DNA from: Octopus sinensis
Taxonomy: Eukaryota
NCBI RefSeq assembly: GCF_006345805.1
Contig: NC_043006.1
Coordinates: 53,692,001 to 53,756,000 of the forward strand
Length of the DNA stretch: 64,000 nucleotides
Direction of reading: 5' to 3'
The stretch's first letter is position 1. Each line of letters opens with the position of its first letter. Positions 35,695 through 48,871 of this stretch are shown in pieces. Below the pieces are notes generated by a model. That model made no database searches and was not told where the DNA came from. It saw only the letters and a program-made list of their open reading frames with translations. The position numbers and the translations under genes were made by a program.

Positions 35695-37290
35695 GTTATT
35701 ATTATCATTTTCTCTTTATAACAGGTTCTGTTAGAGCTCCTGGAGTCTTGCATGCGTAGCGGGCTTACTACCCGCAGCCTACGGAACCATGCTATTCGTT
35801 CTTTTCAGCAATCTAATACTTACCTGATTATTCTGGCCGTGCCAAGGAGGCAAACCTTTTGTAATAGTTCTACTGGGCACTCCATTCCAAATCCTTTTAT
35901 ATTCCTCTTGATGCCTTCTGATACTGTTCCCAATGACCCAACAATAATTGGCACTATCTTCACATTCTTCATTTTCCATAGCCGGGCTATTTCGTACTTA
36001 AGAGGGTTGTATCTGTCTATCTTTTCGTCTCCCTTCTTGACTATTCGTGGGTCAAAGGGCCATGCAACATCAACTATATAGCATATGTCGTGCAATTTGT
36101 CCACCACCACTAGATCCAGTCTGTTATGCTCTAGCACCTGAACTATTGGGATTGGGACATCCTTGAGGATTTTGCTAGCCTCCGACTCCGCCACTCTCTG
36201 TGGTTTGTACTCATACCACATCTTGCCTCTCTCTAGCCCCCTTTTTTGCACAGTTTCCAGTGTAGCACTTCGCTACCTGGTCGTATCGCCACAACTTGTA
36301 GTGGTTTGGGGCAAGTCTAGGGCATTCGTTCGTGATATGAACAATGGTTTCATCCACTTTATTGCAGATGTGACACAGCGGAGACACTTACACATTCCCA
36401 AGGCTGACCCTCCAGTTCGTGGTCAAAGCTTGGTCCTGCGCTGCCAGTATAGTGTTTTCGGTCCCTTTTTTTAGGCTTCCGTTCATCAGCCAATCCCACC
36501 TATTTTTTCCTGCAACTTCTGTTGTGGCTACATGGAATTGATTGTGTAGTCCCTTCTTGTGTAATTCTTCTTCATGTCCTTTTTGTACTTCTTTTGTTTT
36601 CCCTTTTTTTCCTGCTCTCAATACTCCCTCGTTCCTAACTGTCACTAGCAATGTTTCCTTACTTTGGGATAGGTATCTCATTAGGTTCTCGAGTTCGATA
36701 CGCACGCAGTCTTCCACACTTATCAGTCCCTTTCCTCCATTTGTTCTCTACATATATAGGCGATCAGTTCTGCACGTGGATGATGGACTCCATGCATCGG
36801 TAGGAGCTTTCTTGACTTCCTGTCCATCTCCTCTGTCCACTTCGGGATTCCAGCGCCATAACGAACTACTGCGGCAGTGCGCGAGTTTATTGTAGAAATT
36901 ATGTTTCTGGCATTCAACTTGAAATCAATATTTTTCTCACTCGCCGCAGGTATTCTCTTTTGTTTTCCTTCATGTCGTGGTACTTGATTCCATCTGCCTC
37001 AAGTATTCCCAGGTATTTATAGCTGAATTAAGGTTGAATTGCCTTCATCATTTCACCATTTGGAAACCACATGCCTTCTGTACTGGCAAGCTTTCCTCGT
37101 TCCATCACCATCGTAGCACATTTTGAGAGTCCAAACTCCATCTTAATATCATTGGAGAAAATCCGCACAGACTGGCCTAGTCTGTCCAGTTCTGCCTCAG
37201 TTTTTGTGAATAGCTTCAGGTAGTCCATGAATAGCAAGTGGTTTAGTTTTCCCTTACCTCTTCCCAGATCATATCCCAATGTTTCTTAGT
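35695..37290 (-). mobile_element. R4/Dong-clade LINE, 5'-truncated (RT C-terminal half, zinc knuckle, RLE endonuclease)
   Basis: NHLLFMDYLKL (degenerate YMDD), MEFGLSKCA, YLGILEAD, AAQDQALTTN, DLVVVDK..IVDVAWP..EKIDRY, LGTARIIR; 3' UTR hairpin GCGGG-TAGTAAG-CCCGC; short TAA tail. Confidence 0.92.
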
Positions 37291-37556
37291 ATTTTTTAGT
37301 TACTTACCCAATTTCAGATCTCGCTGGGTTTAACAATCTACAAGTGGGGTTATCATGAAAATTATGTTTATGGTCTTTTAAAGTAATAGGTAATAATATT
37401 TAACGGAATTCATAAATATTTTAATGTGCGTTTTCAAAAATTAGGATTCTTAAGATCATAGTCCATATTCCTGGGATGATTACAGTGCAATCCGTAGTAT
37501 CCATGGACATCGAGCAGATCATGCTCATGCATCCGTTTCTTCGGATTATTATTATT

Positions 37557-37614
<58 letters not shown>

Positions 37615-37617
37615 TTA

Positions 37618-37661
<44 letters not shown>

Positions 37662-37663
<2 letters not shown>

Positions 37664-38210
37664 GAGTGCTAGGGCAGCGCATGCCATCAAAGTGACACTG
37701 GGATAAAATATACGAAACCCAGTATACCCATCATGACTACAGGTCTGATAAGGGTACACTAGGCACATGCATCACAACCATATGTGCGCGACCTCATATC
37801 AAGATAAACAGCACATGACCTTGCAGGTGGGGCCCAGTTAGAATTTTCTTCTGGTCGAGTAACCCATCCCGCTCAAAAGGTCCCTGATTAAGGGTTGTTT
37901 AAGGATGTTGAACAAAACACCCATGTTTCCAGAGGTGAGTTATTCAAACCCTAAAGAATCCCTCTCAACACACGGCTATGATACTCCCCCACTACTTCTG
38001 CTCATGATTAGAGATGCACATATCGTCAGCCACAAAGGGACATGCTCAATTGGTTAAGGTCAAACAACTGACAAGCAAATCTGTGGTATTGAGCAGAATA
38101 TTTGCTGTAGCCCATCTTTTATACCAAGACAAAACGATGTACATGATAACACTTCCAATCAGTTAAGATCAGAAGCCATGAGAGCCACTGCCTGGTACTG
38201 CATCAGGGCA
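37662..38210 (-). mobile_element. Non-coding (TAA)n-tailed retroelement, long copy (about 550 bp)
   Basis: Flanked by long (TTA)n tracts on both sides; homologous to 20612-20972. Confidence 0.8.
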
Positions 38211-38254
<44 letters not shown>

Positions 38255-38256
38255 CA

Positions 38257-38287
<31 letters not shown>

Positions 38288-38294
38288 TATTATT

Positions 38295-38356
<62 letters not shown>

Positions 38357-38534
38357 TATTATTATTATTATTATTACTATATTTATCCTAAATTATATCA
38401 GCACAGCTCGATACGACCCAAAAAAACTAGCATCGCCAGTTGGCATCATTAGGTTGTGGCCGGCATAATGGAATAAGAGCTTTTATATATGGATATTCAA
38501 AACGTATCCTGTAAACGAACTTAAAGGATGTATA

Positions 38535-38568
<34 letters not shown>

Positions 38569-38773
38569 ATGTAATTTAGATTCAGTTAAATTAGGTATTT
38601 AAATTGAGACACCTTGTTAGGACGAACATATTTGCACACTCAAACAATATTAGGTGAGTTTCAAACTCCACATTTTTTTCTACCCGATATTCATACAGTG
38701 TATGCAGATGGCACGACGATCCAGATTAGTGAATAAATCCGCTCTTGTTTGTTCAGACATGTACTTTTTATAA

Positions 38774-39182
38774 AGGAGTGGCTGTGTGGTAAGTAGCTTG
38801 TTTACCAACCACATGGTTACGGGTTCAGTCCCACTGTGTGGCACCTTGGACAAGTGTCTTCTACTATAGCCTCGGGCCGACCAAAGCCTTGTGAGTGGAT
38901 TTGGTAGACGGAAACTGAAAGAAGCTCGTCGTATATATGTATATATATATATGCCTGCGTGTGTTTGTGTGTCTGTGTTTGTCCCCCTAGCATTGCTTGA
39001 CAACCGATGCTGGTGTGTTTATGTCCCCGTTACTTAGCGGTTCGGCAAAAGAGACCGATAGAATAAGTACTGGGCTTACAAAAGAATAAGTCCCGGGGTC
39101 GAGTTGCTCGATTAAAGGCGGTGCTCCAGCATGGCCGCAGTCAAATGACTGAAACAAGTAAAAGAGTAAAGAGTAAAGAGTA
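38774..39182 (+). mobile_element. SINE family B (OR2-like), nearly full length, (AGAGTAA)n tail
   Basis: High identity to 9561-9952. Confidence 0.9.
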
Positions 39183-39228
39183 CACTTTCTAGATACTTCC
39201 GAAGTGCAGATTCCAGGGTAGGTAAGTA

Positions 39229-39491
39229 AAATATAAATGAGTAACAAAGATGTATAGGTCTCAATTTATTACGGCCGTTTCGAGCGACTTCTTTAATTGA
39301 TCAATGAAAAGCATTACATCGTTACAAAGAAAACCGTTTTTATCAGATGACCGCATAGAAGTTTATGCGGTCATCTGATGAGAATGGTTTTCTTTGTAAT
39401 AATGTAATGTTTCCATTGATCAATTAAAGGAGTCGTTCGAAACGGCCGTAATGAATTGACATATATACATCTTTGTTACTGATTTATATTT
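39229..39491. repeat. About 260-bp fold-back made of two inverted hammerhead-bearing pseudo-LTR copies
   Basis: Arms 39229-39357 and 39364-39491 are diverged reverse complements. Confidence 0.9.
39371..39454 (+). ncRNA. Type I hammerhead ribozyme, apparently intact
   Basis: TCAT-CTGATGA(39375-81)-GAATGG..TCGTTC-GAA-ACGGCCGT(palindrome)-A(39450)-ATGA. Confidence 0.8.
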
Positions 39492-39513
39492 AATGTATAT
39501 ATATATATATTAT

Positions 39514-39838
39514 CTTTTGCTTGTTTCAGTCATTAGAGTGCGGCCATCTGAGGCACCACCTTGAAGAATGTTAGTCGAACGAGTCGATCCCAGGACATAT
39601 TATTATTTTATTTTATTTATTTTTATTTACTTTTTTTTTGTAAAGCCTGGTACTCATTCTATCAGGCTCTCTTGCCGAACCGCTAAGTTATAGGGACGTA
39701 AACACATCAACAACGATTGTTAAGCGGTGGTGGAGGACAAATACACACACACACACACACATATATATATGACGGGCTTCTTTCAGTTTCCGTCTTGGTC
39801 GGCCCAAGTCTATAGTAGAATACACCCAAGGTGCCATG
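39514..39838 (-). mobile_element. Degenerate SINE family B copy
   Basis: Reverse complement of the family B 3' half and CORE region. Confidence 0.8.
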
Positions 39839-40074
39839 TGTGAATGAGTGTATGTATGCATGTACGTATGTATGTATGTAGGTAGGTAGGTAGGAAGGTA
39901 GGTAGGTAGGTAGGTAGGTAGGTAGGTAGGTAGGTAGGTAGGTAGGTGTGCGTGTATGTATTTGTGTATTTTCGCCAATGTAATATGGATGAATGATATA
40001 CATGTCGACGAAAAAAGTGGAAAGCTGATACTTTACAAAGGTAGTCCATAGGAATATTTGTTCTACACCGAATT

Positions 40075-40099
40075 ACTGACACTCCTTTCTCTCTCTCTT

Positions 40100-40134
<35 letters not shown>

Positions 40135-40620
40135 ATAGATTAGTCTGTTGAGATCTTATAACTGACAACGCTGTTGCTCACTTTTTGCGACATATAATAA
40201 AGACGAAAAGATATTTTCAGAGTTGTATAACATATGATTAACAATATTTCATGACTATTTGTGACACCTAATGTGTGTCTCTTGAGCTAAAGGCAAAGAG
40301 ATATCGATAATTCTGTCGTTGCTGTTGTGTTTTTGCTGCTCTTGTTTTGCTATTGTTGTTTTGCTGTTGTCTGCGTACGAAAAAACAATAATAGTCTGAG
40401 AGGAAGCAAAGCAAACACATATCAACGACGACGACGACGACGACGAAGAAGAGAAGAAGAAGAAGAAGAAGAAGAAGAAGAAGAAGAAGAAGAAGAAGAA
40501 GAAGAAGAAAAGAAGAAGAAGAAGGGAAAAAAGAAGAAGAAGAAGAAGAAGAACAACAACAACAACAACAACAACAACGACGACGACAACAACAACAACA
40601 ACAATAACAACAACAAGTAG
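40075..40620. repeat. Compound simple-repeat block: (CT)n, (ACG)n, (GAA)n, (AAC)n
   Basis: Directly visible; generates the poly-E/K/N and poly-L/F/S pseudo-ORFs. Confidence 0.95.
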
Positions 40621-40778
40621 AGGGCAAAGAGCCATACCGTACCTTTTAACCCTACACCGTACCTCTAGTTTTCTACTGAAAAACTTTCACAAAGCAGCAA
40701 AAAAAAAAAAAATCGCTAACCTTTCCAACCCTCACCTCACTTGCTGTCTGGCACTCTCTTTCTCACCCTCAAACTATG

Positions 40779-40820
<42 letters not shown>

Positions 40821-41552
40821 CAGAAGGACAGAAGTTTGAGTGATATACTGTCATATAAATTATTATTTTTGTCTTACCTTTCCTTCGTCCAGCTAGAGGT
40901 TTCGCATTTTTTTTTAGTTCGTTCGTTCTTTTCTTTTTTGCTTGTTCTTTTTTTTTTCTCTCTCTCTCTCTCGTTCGTTCTTTTTATTGTTACTGTTCCC
41001 AATATATATATATACAATGTATTTTTTTTAAAGAAGTTTTCTTTCCTCCTTTTTCGATTACGCTTCCCTCGTTCTTTGTTGTCTTTCTCTCCCAGCAAAC
41101 ACCCTTCACATAGACCTCCTCCTGTCCATCGCTTCTACACTCAGCATGTTCTGTTGTTGCTCTAACCTGTCACATGTGATTTGAAGTGTAAGCTACTTAA
41201 CTTAAAATAGTGTAATATAACTTTGTATTGTTCTTCGGCTTTCATGATGAGATGTGTCTTTCCCCTCTATCTACTTCTCTTTCGCTCTATCTCCCCCCTC
41301 TTTCTAATTCTCACTTTTGCTTTCTCTATCACACTCACACGCACGCAAAGACTCTCCTCCCCCTCCCCCGTCTCTCTCTCTCTCTCACCCTCTTTCTCAC
41401 GTTCTCCCTCCGTCTTTCTTACTCTGTGTACCCTCTCCTCGACCTGGACGGTCTCCACGTTCTCTCTCCACCTTTTTTCTCCATTACCCATGTGTATGTC
41501 GGTCCGACTGTTGAGGTATCAATCCGCCCATTCATGCATCTATCTATCTATC

Positions 41553-41626
<74 letters not shown>

Positions 41627-41883
41627 AGATCGATCGATTCGTTCAAACATCCAATCATACTTCTGTTTATCTATTCACCTTTTTATCAATCAGTGTAATT
41701 ATCGTAAACATATCTAGATAGATATTGCACCAGGGATTATATATAAGGCATAGAAGGGAAGCAGATAGATAAGGGAGCGGGAGCATTTACATAATATCCT
41801 TAAACCCCATGACAGGACGTTAAGAGGTTTAAGGCAATCGTTCTCGTTGAATATCACTAACTCACCGCCGCTCTATCTATCAT

Positions 41884-41934
<51 letters not shown>

Positions 41935-42450
41935 CTATCTCTATCTCCCTCTATACACACACACATACACCCACACAATACATATATGTATGTATGTATG
42001 TATGTATGTAGGTAGGTAGGTAGGTAGGTAGGTAGGTAGGTAGGTAGGTAGGTAGGTAGGTAGACGTATGTATGTATGTATGTATGTAATCTCCGCTGAC
42101 ATTTTTAATTACCTGCTGCCTACCAACTTACTTGACCAAACAGCTGTTGTTGACAAGATAGTCGTAACTCGCCTCAAGTGATAGATCAAAACCGAAACAC
42201 ACACAAACGCACACACACATACACACATACACACACACGCGCACAGACACTCATATACATACACACATACATACATGCGTATACATACACACATACATGC
42301 GTATACATACACACATATACATACACACATACATACATGCGTATACATACACACATATACATACACACATACATACATGCGTATACATACACACATACAT
42401 GCGTATACATACACACATACATACATGCGTATGTATGTACGCGTGTGTGC

Positions 42451-42487
<37 letters not shown>

Positions 42488-42658
42488 TATCTTGTTAACC
42501 AGGTGACGCTTTATAATAGTACAATTATTTTCAATATAGACTTGTATTCCCACTGAAACAATTGTACTGTTGTGGGGAATCACCTTGTTAAAAAATATCA
42601 ACTTTATAACGCATTGACAACTTATTTCAAGATTTATAATGAATATCTATGCGTTTGT

Positions 42659-42708
<50 letters not shown>

Positions 42709-42739
42709 TTATGTCTGCATATATACCGCGTGTGAACCG

Positions 42740-42922
42740 TTAGCGATTTTTTTTCTCCTCTGTCTTCCCTTCTCTGGATCTTTCCTTCTATGTTTCCGAC
42801 GAAGAGCTCCGCTCGAAACGTTAAACCCTCCTTCTTCCTTCTTTCCTGAGCGTCCAAAATACTATATTTGTTCCACGTCCTCGCGTTGTTGTGTTTTTTT
42901 TGTGCTTTCTTGTTTGGATTAA

Positions 42923-42962
<40 letters not shown>

Positions 42963-43165
42963 ATTCGCCGTGATAGATCGCTAGCCACTACACACTCTTT
43001 ATTTTCTCTCCTTGTTTTTTTCTGTGTTCCTTTATTTGGAAGAGAGTGGGCTCGAAACGTTAAAGACTTTTTTACTTCCCAAGCGTTATACAAATACATC
43101 CGTTTGTTGTCTACACCACCTGTCTTCGTCTTTTGTCGTTGTTTTTTATGAATTCTCTCCCCCTA
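42740..43165 (+). mobile_element. Two tandem Penelope-type pseudo-LTR fragments with decayed minimal hammerheads
   Basis: GTTT-CCGACGA-A-GAGC-TCC-GCTC-GAAACGT-T-AAAC at 42792-42826, and ..GAGT-GG-GCTC-GAAACGTTAAAGAC at about 43040-43066; (TA)n between and around them. Confidence 0.65.
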
Positions 43166-43166
43166 T

Positions 43167-43296
<130 letters not shown>

Positions 43297-43547
43297 TATA
43301 TATATATATATTATATATATATTAGGCATGTATGCATGTCTTACCAGCTCAGTTTTATCATTAATGGTACTAAACTGAGTAATACTATTTGGTTGATAAC
43401 GGATGAAGAATTAGGGACGTTCGTCTGTACATTCATCGTACAATTCTTACTTTTCGTTAGTGCACTTGGTTTACATTTTTTTACTTAAGTAACGGACCAC
43501 GACGCACCCTGGTTATATATATATATGTATATGTATATGTATGTATA

Positions 43548-43665
<118 letters not shown>

Positions 43666-43666
43666 A

Positions 43667-44883
43667 AAATAGTAAAGAGTGAAAAAACTACAGAAGGCTT
43701 AAATGTTAAAAAATATATATATTTGCGTCAATATGTCTGAAGAATATTAGAAAAATTTTTTTTTTTTCTCTTATAATGACATAATTTAAAAGAAAGACCG
43801 GTTTCGCGTGTAGCTTTTCAAATTTCTTGCGACGTTATGTTTATGCTGAATAGAGTTAACGTTATGTTTATGTTCAGGAGAGTTCTAAATAAGGGGAGGT
43901 AGTGAGTGATTTCTTCCGGTGTAAGGGAGATAATCGCTTAAAAATTTTTTCCTTTCACTTGGTGTGAATTTCTCTGTATCAGTATGTTCGGATAGTTGAG
44001 TCTGGGCTTGTACTTTTCAATGAAGAATGTTTCCTTGTTTAGTCTAATTTGTGTTGATGATCCGAAAGCACATTGGTAAAATGGAAAGATTAAAAATTGT
44101 GATAGTAGTTGCTTTGCGCATTTCTCAATGTGCTCACTAAAAGGTATCATTCTATATTCTGGGAATGCAATCTGTTGTCGATGCAGTGTACATCTACGTC
44201 TGAGTGATAGTCATGTGGAACCCACGTAGTCTTGGTGGCAGCCCGAGCATTTTATGACATAAATTATGTTTTCAGAGGCACAAGTAAAGTTAGATTTGAT
44301 CTTGAATTTCTGTCCCTCTTGAAAGAGGAATTCTGATCCTTCTAGCAGGTTAGGACATGTTGCACAGTTCGATCTACCACATTTTTTTACTTTTGCATCC
44401 GTAATTTCAGAAGACAATTTTGCCTTTGTGAGAATCTTTTTAAGTGATTTAGGCTGTTTGTAGCTTTTAATGATTTGGTATATGTTTAGAATTTCCTTTA
44501 ATTTGGGGTCTTTATGAAGTATTGGTAAATTCTGGGTGATAATGGTGAAGGCTTCTTTGTTTCTGGGGTTGTATGTAGATATGTAAGGTAGTATTTTCGG
44601 GGAAGGTGTGTTGTTGTGTTGAACTTTTCTTAGTTTCTATGTTGATTTCTGTTGCACGTCTGATCCCATCCTCTATGAGTTAACTCTATTCAACATAAAC
44701 ATAACGTCACAAGAAATTTGAAAAGCTACACGCGAAACCGGTCTTTCTTTTAAATTATGTCATTATAAGAGAAAAAAAATTTTTTTTTTAATTTTCTAAT
44801 ATTCTTCAGACATATTGACGCAAATATATATATTTTTTAACATTTAAGCCTTCTGTAGTTTTTTTCACTCTTTACTATTTTCT
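43667..44883 (-). mobile_element. Penelope-like (Neptune-type) element: GIY-YIG region between about 200-bp inverted repeats
   Basis: KCGRSNCATCP..FTCASENIIYVIKCSGCHQDYVGST..RLNKETFFIEKYKPRLN; inverted repeats 43667-43859 and 44679-44883. Confidence 0.9.
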
Positions 44884-44987
44884 ATATATTCACCCACACG
44901 CTTTCACAAACCAACTTTCTTATCTATATATATAATATATTATATATATATATATAAATATTATATGTATGTATGTATATATATATG

Positions 44988-45019
<32 letters not shown>

Positions 45020-45146
45020 ATATATATAGATATATATATACATATATATATATACATATACATATACATATTCATATACATACATACATATATTATACAT
45101 ATTATATGTATGTATATATATGTATATGTGTGTGTATATATAATAT

Positions 45147-45224
<78 letters not shown>

Positions 45225-45421
45225 GACCTCGAACCCACAAGAATAAACAAAGAGACGGAGACAGGCAGAAACAAGGAAAATGCCCCTTGCATTTGATTAC
45301 TATGAAACTATTCTTTTACCGAACCGCAAAGTTACGGAGACGTAAACACCCAGCATCGGTTGACAAGCGATGGTGGGGGTACAGACACACACACACACAC
45401 AGACGTATATACGCTGGGCTT

Positions 45422-45510
<89 letters not shown>

Positions 45511-45630
45511 AAGCCCAGCGTATATAATCTTCAGCTATATATATATCTGAAGATTAGAGGCTTCGAATGTCCCGTCCGTTGTTTGTATCGTCTATTTGAA
45601 TGTTTTGCATTCTTGTCCCATTTTGTATTT

Positions 45631-45721
<91 letters not shown>

Positions 45722-45750
45722 TGCATGTATGTTGTGTGTATGTATATATA

Positions 45751-45917
45751 AGCGCTGGAGTGGTGAGTGGTAAGAAGTTTTGTTTCCCCAACCGCATGTT
45801 TCTGGATTCAGTCCCACTTCGTGGTGGCACCTTGGGCAAGTGTCTTCTACCATAGCCTCGGACTGACCAAAACCTTGTGAGTGGATTTGACAGACGAAAA
45901 CTGAAAGAAGCCCGTTG

Positions 45918-45918
<1 letters not shown>
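45751..45918 (+). mobile_element. SINE family B 5' half
   Basis: Head plus CORE-like CACCTTGGGCAAGTGTCTTC, ending at the internal microsatellite. Confidence 0.85.
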
Positions 45919-45977
<59 letters not shown>

Positions 45978-46020
45978 TATAGATAGATAGATATAGATAG
46001 ATAGAATAGATTAGATAGAT

Positions 46021-46055
<35 letters not shown>

Positions 46056-46110
46056 TTATATATATAGATATAAAACAAAGTGGAGTTGTAGGGTACCGCA
46101 CGAGTGGAAT

Positions 46111-46852
46111 TATATACGAAAGAAGGTTTGAAAATGCAATTTTAAAAGATGTTTATTTACTTTACCGGTTTCACTCTCTGGAAAAAGTTTGTCAAAAGTA
46201 ACATGTAGAAGTTTGGTTGCGTTAATTATTGGTTGTTGCAAATTGCTACATTACATATATACAGTCTTTGGTAACAAGGACATGTTAAGGACATAAAAAA
46301 GTTTAACAAGTTCCTTAAAATATTACAACATGAATAATCATTCTCAGGAACATGTTTAAGATAGTTTCCAGGAGGAATTATTAAAAAGTTCAGTGGGATA
46401 TTGGTATTGGTATTGTATCTGTATATTCAAACACGTACAGAATATTGGTTGACACAGAGTACTACAATACATATATATACATTCTTTGGTGACAAGAGCA
46501 TGTTGAGATCATAAAAAAGTTTAACAAGTTCATTGAAATATTGGGCACAAAAGATTACAACAAATATATTATACATTCTCAAGATAATTTCCAGAAGGAA
46601 TTATTAAAAAGCTCAGTGGAATATTGGTATACACAGAATATTATGAGTTCAAAAAGGTTTACATTATAATAGTAGGGAAGCTAAAACTGACCTTTCCACC
46701 ATGTTAACGTAAAAGAATTCTTTGTAACAACCAATAATTAACGCAACCAAACTTCTACATGTTACTTTTGACAATCTTTTTCCAAAGAGTGAAACCGGTA
46801 AAGTAAATAAACATCTTTTGAAATTGCATTTTCAAACCTTCTTTCGTATATA
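46111..46852. mobile_element. Non-coding element with about 130-bp inverted arms and an internal tandem duplication
   Basis: 46111-46241 vs 46721-46852 are reverse complements; internal direct repeats at about 46250-46405 and 46465-46630; TA-rich flanks. Confidence 0.8.
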
Positions 46853-47149
46853 TATATATTATATATATTATATTATATATATATATATTATTTCGCTTAA
46901 GCATGGCGATACTAATAACCTGCTGTTAGAACTCAATATATATATATATAATATATATACTTTAGAAAAAAAGCGTTTGTCGAATACAGAGAAGTAATAA
47001 GAATTTGAATAAATGACAACGCATAAAGAAATTATATGTCAAGAACTTCCTTAGTTTATGGCTTTTTCTGCTGACAGTTACAATGCACTCAGAGTTCTGC
47101 TAACAGTTACAATGCACTCAGAGTTCGCTGGAGCTTCAAAAATGAAGTG

Positions 47150-47610
47150 CCCAGAATGAAGAACACTTCATATTTAAGGTCCCGATAAAGTAATGGGTTG
47201 ATACACAAGCACACAACGATGAATGCATTGCATCTTGTAGCAAAAACAACTGTGAAGAGGGATACCTCAGAATGAGTGTTCTTTCTAGTACCAGATTTAC
47301 TATGGAGCTAAAGATTAAGTCATAAATGTAGTTTACAGCATAAGATGCATAGAAGGTGCTTGTAAGGACATGAACATGACGTACATAGGGGAGACGTCTA
47401 GGAGCATTGCGGAAGGAATAAATGAACAAAAAAGACAATATGACGACAGAAAACAGTCCTCCATACTCTACCAACATGCCAAAGACCACCATGGAAGTAA
47501 CTTGGGTCAATTTGACATCCGCATCTTATCCAAGCACTCAAAAGACCCAACACTCAGACAAACACGGAGTATGTTCTTATAAATGAAACCTCCCTAATAC
47601 TAAATAGGAA
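47150..47610 (+). mobile_element. Penelope-like GIY-YIG endonuclease 3' fragment
   Basis: NVVYSIRC..C..TYIGETSRS...H..ILYQHAKDHH..FDIRIL..LRQ. Confidence 0.8.
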
Positions 47611-48781
47611 ATATACATAGTAAATACCATACCTTCATACCCACAGTTTACACTGGTGGAGTAGAATAGTTAGTGGACTGTTAGGTAGATAAATGTATGT
47701 ATGTGTGTGTATGTCCCCCCTTTTTTCCTGTATGTAAGCCATAGATAGAAAAATAAATAAATATATGAATAAATAAATAAACAGATCAACATACAGACGG
47801 ATAGGTACATAGGCTATAAGAACAGACACATATGGAGACACGGATCCACACATATAAAGATGCGCATCCATACATACAAACATGGTACATAGTTGCATAA
47901 CACACAGACACAGAGACATGCACAAACAAGGAGACAGAGATGCATACATATACAAGCACATGCTCACACACACATACATAGAAAATACACAAACACGGAC
48001 ATGCATGCACATAAATATGCAGGATACGTACATACAGATGCACACACATACATACATATATACATATGCATACACACACAAACATACATACATACGTACA
48101 TACATGCATGTATAGGCACACACACACACAAACACTGACCCCCGCTCATGCGCACAAACAAACAAAAGGGAGCGCAGTGTAAATAACGGACAGAGTCAAA
48201 ACTATTGAAAAGGTTGCAAGACGCAACGAAAATTTTAGGAAAATAAAAATTAGAAAAAAGTGGAGATTTTACTGGTGAGTGTGTTATATTATAAGCGACA
48301 AAAAGAAAACGACTCTCCCCAGACACAACAGAATATGCTTCAACACACGAACTCACATAAAGAATCTTGCAAACCAAATCCAAAAACGAAATTAAATCAT
48401 AAGTTTAAAAACAAAAAGAAATAAAGGAAAAAGTATTGAAAATTTGCATTTTCCCTAGTACCCAAGTTATAAGTTAACAACTATATGTTCATACTGTTTG
48501 CTATAATTTAGTGTTAAGTAAATAAAATTAAATAACAATTTAAATCTAATATACTTGGACCTCTGGTCTTGGAAATGGCCAATGGTGGTTGGGGAACAAA
48601 ATTTTTCATTTATCATTCCACATTCGGCATTTATGTGTTAATTATGTTTTTAGTTATGAGATAGCGAATGAGTTGTTGGGGAGCCATTACTAGGTTGCGC
48701 TTAAGGCATCAATTAACCTTAATCTTGTCCTGCATCTACGTGCGTATATGTGTGAATGTGAAAATGTGTTTATGTATGTAT

Positions 48782-48844
<63 letters not shown>

Positions 48845-48871
48845 CGTGCGTGCGTGTGTGTGTGTGTGTGT

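Noticed and set aside
40255-40635. Poly-E/K/N and poly-L/F/S ORFs
   Set aside because: Compound trinucleotide microsatellite with no domain content
44965-46101. IY-repeat ORFs
   Set aside because: (TA)n translation artefacts; the same applies to similar ORFs throughout the window
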